64,000 nt of DNA. Origin: Mobula hypostoma. Lineage: Eukaryota. Below, one piece after another: positions 26,089 through 37,274 of this stretch. The stretch lies in assembly GCF_963921235.1 (NCBI RefSeq), contig NC_086097.1, positions 189,846,001 through 189,910,000 on the forward strand. Direction: 5' to 3'. Within the stretch, counting starts at the first letter, position 1. Every line of letters starts with the position of its first letter. A program made the translations under genes and the position numbers. The notes beneath the pieces were generated by a model. That model saw only the letters and a program-made list of their open reading frames with translations, was not told where the DNA came from and did no database searches.

Positions 26089-28479
26089 ATGTCAGAATGG
26101 GAATGGGATGTGGAATTAAAATGTGTGGCCACTGGGAGATCCTGCTTTCTCTGGCGGACAGAGCGTAGATGTTCAGCAAAGCGGTCTCCCAGTCTGCGTC
26201 GGGTCTCACCAATATATAACCCTCCCCTCTCCACTGACACCCCCAGCCTCCCCCCTCCCCCTTCTGATCCCAGCTCTCATCCGTGCCGGGTCTTTACCAT
26301 CCCCTCCGACCTTCAACTGTCGGAGGCAGAACGCTCTGTTCTCAGTAAGGGCCTCACGTCTGTCCCCCTTCGCCCACACCTCAGCGAGTTCCGTGTTCGC
26401 CACGATGCGGAACTTTTCTTCCACCGTCTCCGTCTCCGAGCCTACTTCTTCGGCAAGGACTCTTCCACCCCCACCGATGACCCCTTCTCTTGTCTTCAAC
26501 CCTCCTCTTCTTCATGGACACCCCGCTCTGGTCTTCTGCCTGCTCTGGATCTCTTTATTGCCAACTGCCGACGGGACATCAACCGTCTCAACTTCACCGC
26601 ACCTTGTCCCCATTCCAACCTCACTCCTTCGGAACGCTCTGCTCTCCACTCCCTCCGCACTAATCCTAACATTATTATTAAACCCGCTGATAAAGGGGGT
26701 GCTGTTGTAGTCTGGCGTACTGACCTCTACCTTGCCAAGGCACAGCGACAACTCGCGGATACCTCCTCTTATTTACCCCTCGATCGTGACCCCACTAAGG
26801 AGCACCAGGCCATTGTCTCCCACACTATCAACGACTTTATCCGCTCAGGGGATCTCCCATCCACTGCTACCAACCTTATAGTTCCCACACCCCGCACTTC
26901 CCGTTTCTACCTCCTACCCAAGATCCACAAACCTGCCTGTCCGGGCCGACCTATTGTCTCAGCTTGCTCCTGCCCCACCGAACTCGTTTCTGCATACCTC
27001 GACACTGTTTTATCACCCCTTGTTCAATCCCTTCCGACCTATGTTCGTGACACTTCTCACGCTCTTAAACTTTTCGATGATTTTAAGTTCCCTGGCCCCC
27101 ACCGCTTTATTTTCACCATGGATGTCCAGTCCTTATATACTTCCATCCCCCATCAGGAAGGTCTCAAAGCTCTACGCTTCTTTTTGGATTCCAGACCTAA
27201 TCAGTTCCCCTCTACCACCACTCTGCTCCGTCTAGCGGAATTAGTCCTTACTCTTAATAATTTCTCCTTTTGCTCCTCCCATTTCCTCCAAACTAAAGGT
27301 GTAGCTATGGGCACCCGTATGGGTCCTGGCTATGCCTGCCTTTTTGTTGGGTTTGTGGAACAATCTATGTTCCGTGCCTATTCTGGTATCTGTCCCCAAC
27401 TTTTCCTTCGCTACATCGACGACTGCATTGGTGCTGCTTCCTGCACGCATGTAGAACTCGTTGACTTTATTAACTTTGCCTCCAACTTTCACCCTGCCCT
27501 CAAGTTTACCTGGTCCATTTCCGACACCTCCCTCCCCTTTCTAGATCTTTCTGTCTCTGCCTCTGGAGACAGCTTATCCACTGATGTCTACTATAAGCCT
27601 ACTGACTCTCACAGCTATCTGGACTATTCCTCTTCTCACCCTGTCTCTTGCAAAAACGCCATCCCCTTCTCGCAATTCCTCCGTCTCCGCCGCATCTGCT
27701 CTCAGGATGAGGCTTTTCATTCTAGGACGAGGGAGATGTCTTCATTTTTTAAAGAAAGGGGCTTCCCTTCTTCCACTATCAACTCTGCTCTTAAACGCAT
27801 CTCCCCCATTTCACGTACATCTGCTCTCACTCCATCCTCCCACCACCCTACTAGGAATAGGGTTCCCCTGGTCCTCACCTACCACCCCACCAGCCTCCGG
27901 GTCCAACATATTATTCTCCGTAACTTCCGCCACCTCCAACGGGATCCCACCACTAAGCACATCTTTCCCTCCCCCCCTCTCTCTGCATTCCGCAGGGATC
28001 GCTCCCTACACAACTCCCTTGTCCATTCGTCCCCCCCATCCCTCCCCACTGATCTCCCTCCTGGCACTTATCCGTGTAAGCGGAACAAGTGCTACACATG
28101 CCCTTACACTTCCTCCCTTACCACCATTCAGGGCCCCAAACAGTCCTTCCAGGTGAGGCATCACTTCACCTGTGAGTCGACAGGGGTGATATACTGCGTC
28201 CGGTGCTCCCGATGTGGCCTTTTATATATTGGTGAGACCCGACGCAGTCTGGGAGACCGCTTTGCTGAACATTTACGCTCTGTCCGCCAGAGAAAGCAGG
28301 ATCTCCCAGTGGCCACACATTTTAATTCCACATCCCATTCCCATTCTGACATGTCTATCCACGGCCTCCTCTACTGTAAAGATGAAGCCACACTCAGGTT
28401 GGAGGAACAACACCTTATATTCCGTCTGGGTAGCCTCCAACCTGATGGCATGAACATTGACTTCTCTAACTTCCGCTAG
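26089..28479 (+). CDS. PLE polyprotein: reverse transcriptase + Cys linker + GIY-YIG endonuclease (genuine sense sequence starts ~26220)
   Basis: SVLSKGL, KPADKGGAVV, FYLLPKIHK, GRPIVS, TMDVQSLYTSIP, QTKGVAMG, RYIDD, FLD, CKRNKCYTC, GVIYCVRC..LYIGET..DRFAEH; no stop over 796 codons. Confidence 0.95.
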   Translation: MSEWEWDVELKCVATGRSCFLWRTERRCSAKRSPSLRRVSPIYNPPLSTDTPSLPPPPSDPSSHPCRVFTIPSDLQLSEAERSVLSKGLTSVPLRPHLSEFRVRHDAELFFHRLRLRAYFFGKDSSTPTDDPFSCLQPSSSSWTPRSGLLPALDLFIANCRRDINRLNFTAPCPHSNLTPSERSALHSLRTNPNIIIKPADKGGAVVVWRTDLYLAKAQRQLADTSSYLPLDRDPTKEHQAIVSHTINDFIRSGDLPSTATNLIVPTPRTSRFYLLPKIHKPACPGRPIVSACSCPTELVSAYLDTVLSPLVQSLPTYVRDTSHALKLFDDFKFPGPHRFIFTMDVQSLYTSIPHQEGLKALRFFLDSRPNQFPSTTTLLRLAELVLTLNNFSFCSSHFLQTKGVAMGTRMGPGYACLFVGFVEQSMFRAYSGICPQLFLRYIDDCIGAASCTHVELVDFINFASNFHPALKFTWSISDTSLPFLDLSVSASGDSLSTDVYYKPTDSHSYLDYSSSHPVSCKNAIPFSQFLRLRRICSQDEAFHSRTREMSSFFKERGFPSSTINSALKRISPISRTSALTPSSHHPTRNRVPLVLTYHPTSLRVQHIILRNFRHLQRDPTTKHIFPSPPLSAFRRDRSLHNSLVHSSPPSLPTDLPPGTYPCKRNKCYTCPYTSSLTTIQGPKQSFQVRHHFTCESTGVIYCVRCSRCGLLYIGETRRSLGDRFAEHLRSVRQRKQDLPVATHFNSTSHSHSDMSIHGLLYCKDEATLRLEEQHLIFRLGSLQPDGMNIDFSNFR

Positions 28480-28770
28480 GCCCCACCTCCCCCTCGTACC
28501 CCAGCTGTTACTCATTTTTATGCACACATTCTTTCTCTCACTCTCTTTTTTCTCCCTCTGTCCCTCTGAATATACCTCTTGCATATCCTCTGGGTCACCC
28601 CCCCCCGTCTTTCTTCGCGGACCTCCTGTCCCATGATCCTCTCGTATCCCTTCTGCCTATCACCTGTCCAGCTCTCGGCTCTATCCCTCCCCCTCCTGTC
28701 TTCTCCTATCATTTTGCATCTCCCCCTCCCCCTCCAGCTTTCAAATCCCTTACTCACTCTTCCTTCAGTT

Positions 28771-28806
28771 AGTCCTGACGAAGGGTCTCGGCCTGAATCG
28801 TCGACT
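28771..28806 (+). ncRNA. Minimal HHR motif with GAAA>GAAU change at 28798
   Basis: AGTC-CTGACGA-AGGGTCTCGGCCT-GAAT-CGTC-GACT. Confidence 0.8.
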
Positions 28807-29004
28807 GCGCCTCTTCCTATAGATGCTGCCTGGCCTGCTGCGTTCACCAGCAACTTTGATGTGTGTTGCTTGAATTTCCAGCATCTGCAGAATTCCTGTT
28901 GTTTGCGTTTAAATATTCCTCAACACCGAGTTTCATATGCCATCTATTTGCCCATTCCAGCTGCCTGGTTATATCTCCTTAGTCTATTACTCTCCTCTTC
29001 AGGG

Positions 29005-29130
29005 CAAAATCCCAGGAGATCAGTAGTTTCTGAGATATTCAAAGCACCATATCCAGCACCACAAACATTTTACGGTCAAAGCCACTTAAATCAGGTTTTG
29101 TCACCATTCTGCTGTTTGGTCTGAATAATC
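29005..29130 (-). mobile_element. Tc1-like transposon remnant
   Basis: ggagatcagtagtttctgagatattcaaa..ggtcaaagccacttaaatca..ccattctg resembles fish Tc1 internal sequence (recalled). Confidence 0.5.
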
Positions 29131-29189
29131 TCACTTATTTTTATGCTCTTTACATGCTCATCAACTCCTCTCCCCATTCTCCTCCCCCT

Positions 29190-29362
29190 CCCAATACCTC
29201 TTCTACAATTAGGAGGTATCTACAACTCTTTCTTGAAACGCAGGAGGAAACTGAAACACACGGAGGAAACCCACACTGTCACAGAATGCGCAAATTCCGT
29301 ATGAACAGCCTGGCATTCAGGATCTAATGATGTGGGGCATTAGCTTTAATAGCTATACCACC
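29190..29362 (-). mobile_element. Degraded V-SINE/HE1-like SINE
   Basis: ggaggaaactgaaacacacggaggaaacccacactgtcacag resembles the V-domain signature. Confidence 0.6.
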
Positions 29363-30504
29363 TTGTTACAGATTCCTTCATTTCATATGCTTCAGTCTTG
29401 TTGACAACTTATTAAAAGCATTTTGTAAATTTGTGTTCTGTTATTTCATGGAAAGGTATGATTCATCTTTAACAAAGAATTTCCCTAATCAATCGGCTCT
29501 TGTTTATGTGATTGCTAATTATGGCCCTGATTATTGGTTTTAGAACTTCCTCTACAACTGAAGTTTTCAGACTCGATTGTAGTCACCGGATTTAATCCTT
29601 CATCCTTTCTTTGAATTTTGTTCAAACGTATTTTGAACTATGAACCTTGAAATCAAGCTTGTAAAATTTGCAATTTTCCAACATCACTGAGCTAACAGAT
29701 GTCTGGAACATTATGATTAAGCCTTTGCAATTTTTTCCCTTCTCTCAGCAGTTAGGATTTATCCCATTAGGAACAGTGATATATTTGCATTAAGTGCTTC
29801 CATAATACAACAAAATATGCCAGAAGTACTCAACAGATCAGGCAACATCAGAGGGCAAAGAAATAGAGTGACATTTCATATAACCAACCTGACCTTAGAT
29901 AGAACATAGAACATAGAAATCTACAGCACATTACAGGCCCATCGGCCCACAATGTTCTGCCGACCATGTAACCTACTCTAGAAACTGCCTAAAATTTCCC
30001 TACTGTATTGCTCTCTATTTTCCTATTCCTTGTACTTCTCCATTGCAGTTTTTGAATGTTAAGGACAAAAAAGGTAAGATTTGCAGCAGATGAATCTGCT
30101 TCACTATTCAGTAGGTTCATGGATGATCTTCTGTATCGTTATGTTCACTTTCTGTGTTGATTCACATACTGTATCTCAAATTGGTGTCCAACAATCCATT
30201 GAAAATGGATTAAGCAATCATCCTCTAGTGTAGAAAATTCTAACAAATTTACAGCCAACTAGGTAAAGTAATTTCTCGTCATCCCAGAACTAAATTGCCA
30301 ACCATTCATCCTGAGGCAGCTTCATTTCATCACTGAATTCCAATGGCTTGGAAGCCAATCCTGCTCATCACTCCCCAGAAAACAATAGCTTTATCTCAAG
30401 AAGCATTCTGGTAAATCATTTGCACACTGTCTGCATGGCAACTATATTGTACTTTGAATTCATATACCTGAATTGCATACAGTCCTACCAGTATAAAGAG
30501 CAGT

Positions 30505-31520
30505 TAGAATCATAGAAACATAAAAAACCTACAGCACAATACAGGCCCTTCAGCCCACAATGCTGTGCTGAACATGTACTTACTTTAGAAATTAGATTAT
30601 GAAGACATGCAGTCCTCTTTTATTGTCATTTAGTAATGCATGCATTAAGAAATGATACATTATTTCCTCCGGTGTGATGTCACAAAACACAGGACAGACC
30701 AAGACTGAAAAAACTAACAAAACCACATAAATATAGCATATAGTTACAACAGTGCAACAATACCATATCTTGACGAAGAAGTCCATGAGCACAGTAAAAG
30801 TTCAAAGTCTCTCAAATGTCCCACATCTCACGCAGACGGGAGAAGGAAGAATTCTCTCTGCCATGCCGACCACAATCCGACTCTGCGTCATCCAAAAACT
30901 TTGAGCTCTGATCAGCTCTCCGACACCGAGTACTGAGCGCCATCTCAATCTGAACGATTTGACAATATTGGTCGCCAACAGCAGGCAAAGCCGGGGATTT
31001 TGAGGCCTATCCTCTGAAAGATTCCCAACCACGCAGTAACGACAGCAGCAAACGAGCGTTTCAGAAATTTCTCCAGATGTTCCTCTGTACTTTCACGTCC
31101 ATCTCCATCAAATCAGCATTGTCCACGGTCCCTATTTAACGGGTACGATATCACTTTTCACCAGAGGATTGCGCACGCGCGGTTCGCTGCTCTCCTCCCT
31201 CCTAGGGTTACCTAGGGTTACCCATAGCCCTCTATTTTTCTAAGCTCCATGTAACTATCCGGGAGTCTTTTAAAAGACTCTATTGTATCTGCCTCCACCA
31301 CCGTTGCCGGCAGCCCATTCCAAGTGCTCACCATTCCCTGTATAAAAAACTTTACCCCTGACATCTCCTCTGTACCTACTTCCAAGCACCTTAAAACTGT
31401 GCCCTCTTGTGCTAGCCACTTCAGCCCTGGTAAAAAGCCTCTGGCTATCCACATGATCAATGCCTCTCATCATCTTATACACCTCTATCAGGTCACCTCT
31501 CATCCTCTGACGCTCCAAGG
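30505..31520 (-). mobile_element. CR1 3' end split by the ~610-bp element
   Basis: RMRGDLIEVYKMMRGID..TRGHSFKV (31270-31518); the 3' UTR continues at 30505-30591. Confidence 0.88.
30592..31200 (-). mobile_element. ~610-bp non-coding non-autonomous retroelement, copy 1
   Basis: Colinear and highly similar to 44133-44748; minus-strand AATAAA near the 3' end; no credible ORF. Confidence 0.85.
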
Positions 31521-32859
31521 ACTGAGATTGATCAACTAAGATTACATTGACTGCTGGGGCAAGCTAGAGGGTTGAGATGGCTTACTCCTGCTCCTATTTT
31601 CTCATTCTATTATAAAAGCCTTAAGCAGCTGAATCAAGGCTCCGAAACCCCTGTATTTCCAGTTCTTTGTTGTACAGACTAAGAAGCCACTGGCCTTCCT
31701 CAATGATTGCTGTACCTGCATGACAGCATTCTGTGGCTTCCATACATCAAAACATTGAGTGCATTTTAAAAAGTATTTTGCTGTCTATGAAGCCTTTGGG
31801 ACTCAGTGAGATCATGAAAAGCATTACATAAATGCATGTCTTTTACTTTCTGCAAGCTGTTAGGTGAAAATAGAATTTCACGGATTACCATCTTTCTCAA
31901 GCCATGAAGCATATCATCTGGCCATCAATAATCAATCCACCGCGTATTTCAAACAGAATATTTGTTAATTTGCTCATCAAAACATATCCATAATTCTTCA
32001 CTGTACATGATATCTCTTAATTATTAACTCTTTCTTACTACGAAACAAGGGCGGAACACGGTTGTCTTGAAATCTGGATCTCCAGAGCTATTTTATTTCA
32101 ATACCATGGGCTTACAAATTTAGTGAAATTCTTTGGCTATGTATTAATTGGAGTAGATTGAGGAGCACTTTTTGAAAGAGTTTAAGAGGCGCGATGCAAA
32201 AGACTATGATGTAAAATAGGAGTTCATGTTGTTGGGCATAATTTTTTAATATGGATAGTGTTTTTTTTGTAACCAGCAGGAAATCGTGTGTAGAAATATG
32301 GCATCGTTTTCAACCTGGAAACTTGTAACTTGTGGAGTGTTGCAGTGATCATTGCTGAGACTGCAGGTGTTTCCAACAGATATTAATGATTTAGAGGATG
32401 GAAAAAAATCACTCCAGCCAAAATTCTGGATAATACATAAACAGGTGGGAAGGCAAGCTGTGAGGTAGATGATGTCGGCAAATGGGGTGAGATGTGGAAA
32501 AATGTGAATCTGTCCACTTTGGAGGGAGGAATGATAACACAGGTTATTAGTTAAATGGGAAAAAAAGCTGCAGTAAAGTGAAGGGTATCTTATATGAAAT
32601 ATAGAAAGGAAGCAGCAGATAATTGGGAAGCCGAATAAAATGCTGACTTTTACTGAAAGGAAATCAAAGAATAAATGTAGGGAAGTCTACCACATTGTAC
32701 AAGGCATGATTAAGGCTACATCAAGAAAACAGTGAGCAGTTTTGATTTGCTATAGTTATGAAAAAGAAGTTATTATTAAGGTAGTTTTGAGATGGTTCAC
32801 ATTGTGCAAACCTGGAGACTTCTCATGTGGAAAATTTTAAATTGAGAGGGTATTTAAGG

Positions 32860-33030
32860 GAACATCGACACAGGCCATGAGAGGCCTGCATCGGGCATTT
32901 TCATGCCTTACAAGGCACAGATTGGAAATCTGTGTGGGGCTCCACTCCTCGCACAGACATTACAGCAATGTGTGGTTAAGTGCTCAAGGACACAAACATG
33001 CTGCCACAGCTGAGGCTCGAAGCTTAGGCA
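32860..33030 (-). mobile_element. CORE-type SINE fragment
   Basis: tgtggttaagtgctcaaggacacaaacatg shared with 54800-55093. Confidence 0.6.
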
Positions 33031-33589
33031 ATTCTTAATACAATATATGACTTTCTGGGTAAATGCTGGAAGATGTTTCTGTTTGTTGGAATGTCTAGAA
33101 GATTGCACACTCTCAGAATACGGGCATATTATTTTAAGGCTGCAATGTAGAACAATTTAAATTCTCAAAGTGTTATTAGTCTACTGAATTTCTTGCCTCA
33201 AAAAATATATTCAAGAATTAAGATGGACTTTTAATCAGTAAGGAAATCAGGGGAGAGAAGAGAAAAGCAGATTTGAGGAAAACTATACAAGCCAATGATC
33301 TCATTGAATACTCAACTAGGTTGAGTCCAGTGACTTTCTTTTACCTCCATTATGCTCTTGACCCACTCAGTTCTTCTGGCAGTGTATTTTTTGCTTTGTC
33401 CCCAATGGGCTCTTCCTGTTCTTTTTTAATATGGCTCTAATGGAATATGGAGTGTCAATCACAGCTACTCTGATGAAGTGCGCTTAGAGGTTGGTCATGG
33501 CTAGATCAACTTCTGCCTAAACGAGGACCTGGACCTTCTGCAAGTCATCTCACTAGCTCTCCACTTGACCTTGGTTTACCAGGACAATA

Positions 33590-34725
33590 GTACCACCTAT
33601 GTCAGACTGCTGTTTACTGACTGCAGCACAGTGTTGAACTCAATCATATCCTCAGTTCTAATTAATAAGCTCCAAAACCTGGGCCTCAGTTCCTTCTTCT
33701 GCAGTGAGTTCCTTCCTTGACATCCTCACTGCAAGACCACAGTCTGTGCGGATTGGAAATAACACCTCCTCCTCGCTAACAGTCAACACTGGCACAAGTC
33801 AAGGATTTGTGCTTAGCCCACTGCTCTATTCTCTCTACACCCATCACTGTATGGCTGGGTACAACTCAAACGCCATCTATAAGTTTGCCGATGACACAAC
33901 TATTGTTGCAGAACTTCAGGTGGTGATGAGCAGATGTACAGGAGTGAGATAGATCAGCAGGCTGAGTGGTGTTGCAGCACCAACCTTGCACTCAGTGTCA
34001 GTAAGACCAAGGAATTGATTGTGGACTTCATGAAGGGAAAGTCAAGAGAACACACATCAGTCCTCATCAAGGGATCTGAAGCGGGAAGGGTGAACAGCTT
34101 CAAGTTTCTGGGTGTCAATATCTCTGAGGATCTTTCCTGAGCCCAAGATAATAAAACAATTACAAAGAATGCATAACAGCGGCTATATTTCATTAGGAGT
34201 TTGAGGAGAATTGGTACGTTACCAAAGGGACTTGCACATTTCTATTGAAGTACTGTGAAGAGAATTATAAATGGTTGCATCACCGTCTGGTATGGAGGGG
34301 GCACTGCACAGGATTGGAAAGAGCTGCAGAAAGCTGCAAACTCAGCCAGCTCCATCATGGGCACTAGCTGTCCAACATCCAGGACACCTTCAAAAGGCGG
34401 CATTCATTATCAAAGACATCACCGTCATCACGTGTCCTCTTTTCTTTGCTACCATTAAGAAGGTCCAGGAACATGAAAGCACACACCCAGTGTTTCAGGA
34501 ACAGTCTCCTCCCCTCTGCCATCAGATTCTGAATGGAGAATTAGCCCGCAAACACTACCTTAGTATTTTCCCTCTCTTTTTTCACTACATATTTCATTTA
34601 ATTTCTTTTTTTATATATACTTCTTATTGTGATTTATAACTATTTATTAAGTATTGTAACGTACTGCTGCCACAAAGCAACACATTTGACGACACATGCC
34701 AATGGTATTAACTTGATTCTGATTC
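33590..34725 (+). mobile_element. Rex1/Babar-type LINE RT and 3' end, degraded
   Basis: TGTSQGFVLSPLLYSLYT, KFADDTT, KTKELIVDF, FKFLGVNIS; gattct tail. Confidence 0.87.
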
Positions 34726-35640
34726 TAATTCTGGAACTCCTAGAACAGAACATGACCACTACTATTTTGAGGTTGATCTTCAATACCCTGGAGATCCTAC
34801 TGGACACTTTTGGCCAAGAATCCTCCTGTGTTTGCAGTTTGATTCTCCATTAGATATGTATGAAATTATATAATCCATTAGAAAATTAGTCTGCCTTGTT
34901 TTAGGAATGACATTCAAATGTCTACAGGAAATCTGATAATAAAGGTTGAAACTTGAAACACTCAGTAGATTAGGATATACAGTACCTGTGGAAGGAGAGG
35001 TGTGCATTGCCTGGGAATGTCTGTCATAGGACATTTCCATGACAATCAGGTTTTAATAACCTCATTCTGTTAAGTCTTATTACTTGTATCCTTTGAATAG
35101 ATCCAAACACTCCAATAAACCATACCCCTCCACTACCCATTAATTTCAGACCCGGACCCTGATTGCTCCAGACTCTGACTACCAACTTCTTAATCACTTC
35201 CACCTCTGAGCTTCCTACTTCTCCTAACTTGAGGCTCTAATGTTCCCACTGGATGCTGATCTACCACCACTGAAGAGCCACTATTTCTCAACCCCCATAC
35301 CGGTATTTGACTAGTTATCACTGCCCACCTTCCCCAGTTACTGTTTGGTCCTCTAATGTCCAATCAGCCAACACCAACACCAGCTATCTCTGATCCCAAT
35401 TTCAGTGTCCATTGATGCAATGGTGATGCAACCATTTATAATGCTCTTCACGGTACTTCCTTTATGCACTATTTTATGCCAATACTTGATACACTGTATT
35501 ATGTGAATATTACTCTTTAAAATACAAATAAATTTACAACGCAAACACGAGGAAATCTGCAGATGCTGGAATTTCAAGCAACACACATAAAAGTTGCTTG
35601 TGAATGCAGCAGGCCAGGCAGCCTCTCTAGGAAGAGGTAC

Positions 35641-35676
35641 AGTCGATGTTTCGGGCCAAGACCCTTCGTCAGGACT
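35641..35676 (-). ncRNA. Minimal HHR motif (core intact, stem III ACAU, AUC site)
   Basis: Minus strand: AGTC-CTGACGA-AGGGTCTTGGCCC-GAAA-CATC-GACT. Confidence 0.75.
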
Positions 35677-36165
35677 AACTGAAGGAAGAGCTAGTAAGAG
35701 ATTTGAAAGTGGGAGGGGGAGGGGGAGATCCGAAATGATAGAAGAAGACAGGAGGGGGAGGAATAGAGCCAAGAGCTGAACAGTTGATTGGCAAGAGGGA
35801 TGTGAGAGGATCATGGATAGCCTCCAACCTGATGGCATGAACATTAACTTCTCAAACTTCCACTAATGCCCCACCTCCCCCTCGTACCCCATCCGTTATT
35901 TATTTATTTATATACACACATTCTTTTTCTCTCCCTCCTTTTTCTCCCTCTGTCCCTCTCGCTATACCCCTTGCCCATCCTCCAGGCTTCCCCCTCCCCC
36001 TTTCTTTTTCCCTAGGCCTCCTGTCCCATGATCCTCTCATATCCCTTTTGCCAATCAACTGTCCAGCTCTTGGCTCCATCCCTCCCCCTCCTGTCTTCTC
36101 CTATCATTTCGGATCTCTCCCTGCCCCTCCCACTTCCAAATCTCTTACTAGCTCTTCTTTCAGTT

Positions 36166-36201
36166 AGTCCTGACGAAGGGTCTTGGCCCAAAACGTCGAC
36201 T
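36166..36201 (+). ncRNA. Minimal HHR motif with GAAA>AAAA change at 36190
   Basis: AGTC-CTGACGA-AGGGTCTTGGCCC-AAAA-CGTC-GACT. Confidence 0.7.
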
Positions 36202-37274
36202 GTACCTCTTCCTAGAGATGCTGCCTGGCCTGCTGCGTTCACCAGCAACTTTTTTGTGTGTTGCAATAAATTTACAAACCTGAACTCCAATTTGAAACCT
36301 TTCTTGGTACAAATATAAATTGGAAATTCAGATACATTTTTCAATAATTTCTGAAATAGTTTAGTCTTGTGACAGGAAAGTGGAATTATATGCTGATACT
36401 CTACATACATTTTCTTCTGTTCTGTCCTTGTATTTATATCCATAGAAATCATAAAATTTATAACTACAATTCTAACTACAATTTTGCTGTACAAAATTAC
36501 TATAGGAATTCTTATTGTTTTGTCTACATAGATCTATTTCTAGCTATCAAATTGAAGTATTTTTCACATACATTGAGAATGAATGTCAGAAATTGAATAA
36601 GTATGGGCCATTTTTGTAAAACACGTTGGCAACCTGATAATGTAAATTTGCCTGCTATTTAGTGGTTCACCACACTTATATTAATTTTAACAGGGCATTT
36701 TGTAATTTTGTTTGCTTCCTTTCTTATTTGCTCACCCCCACTTTAACTTTGCTTCTTTTAAAAACAAAGTTTATTTGTTTATTTCACTTGGTGCTGAATC
36801 CTCAGCATTTTCTACACTGTTGATATTGGTCTTGATATTTGAACATGCATAAAAATCTGTGCTAAATTGATCTGTGTAAGGGGACATACCAATTTTAGGC
36901 TAGGTCCTGACTTTCTACTGGTCATGAAACCGAATACATTGTGTAGGTTTGCAAGGGCCTCAAATGCACAAAAGCTTCTTATCTGAATATTTAATTTTAT
37001 AAAAGTGGAGAAAATGGAAGATACATCAGAATATAAATCGAAGGTCCAATGGGGAGATGACTGAGGTGGGAATAGTCTAAATGTGGGAAAAGAAAATGAG
37101 GAGAAATTATGACAGTGAAAAGATCCCAGGGGATAATTGGAAGCTTTGGTAAAGGGCAGGGGAGGTAGGTTATCAGAGGGGGAGTTTGGGGAAAAAGATT
37201 GTAGTGCTAAAGTTAGATGATTAGCTAGGACTGGTTAGAGGACTGCAGAGGGAAACATGAAGACTTTCAGAGAA

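Larger units (their letters stand above)
25568..28911 (+). mobile_element. Penelope-like retroelement (Neptune-type) with 5' inverted arm and 13-bp TSD
   Basis: TSD AATATTCCTCAAC at 25555-25567 and 28912-28924; 25568-26219 is a near-identical reverse complement of 28222-28868; 43-nt 3' tail 28869-28911. Confidence 0.96.
35540..36264 (-). mobile_element. Non-coding PLE derivative made of two inverted 3' arms, 13-bp TSD
   Basis: AATAAATTTACAA at 35527-35539 and 36265-36277; left arm ~35540-35816 (with tail), right arm ~35817-36264; homologous to 28430-28911. Confidence 0.92.

Noticed and set aside
26089..26219. ATG at 26089 as the native PLE start codon
   Set aside because: It lies in the inverted arm (antisense GIY-YIG sequence); the native 5' region is truncated.
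25962..26240. Separate 92-aa GIY-YIG gene on the minus strand
   Set aside because: It is only the inverted duplicate of the PLE C-terminus.
28579..29124. 181-aa ORF after the PLE and similar 'DAAWPAAFTSNF' ORFs
   Set aside because: Spurious translations of the non-coding PLE 3' repeat.
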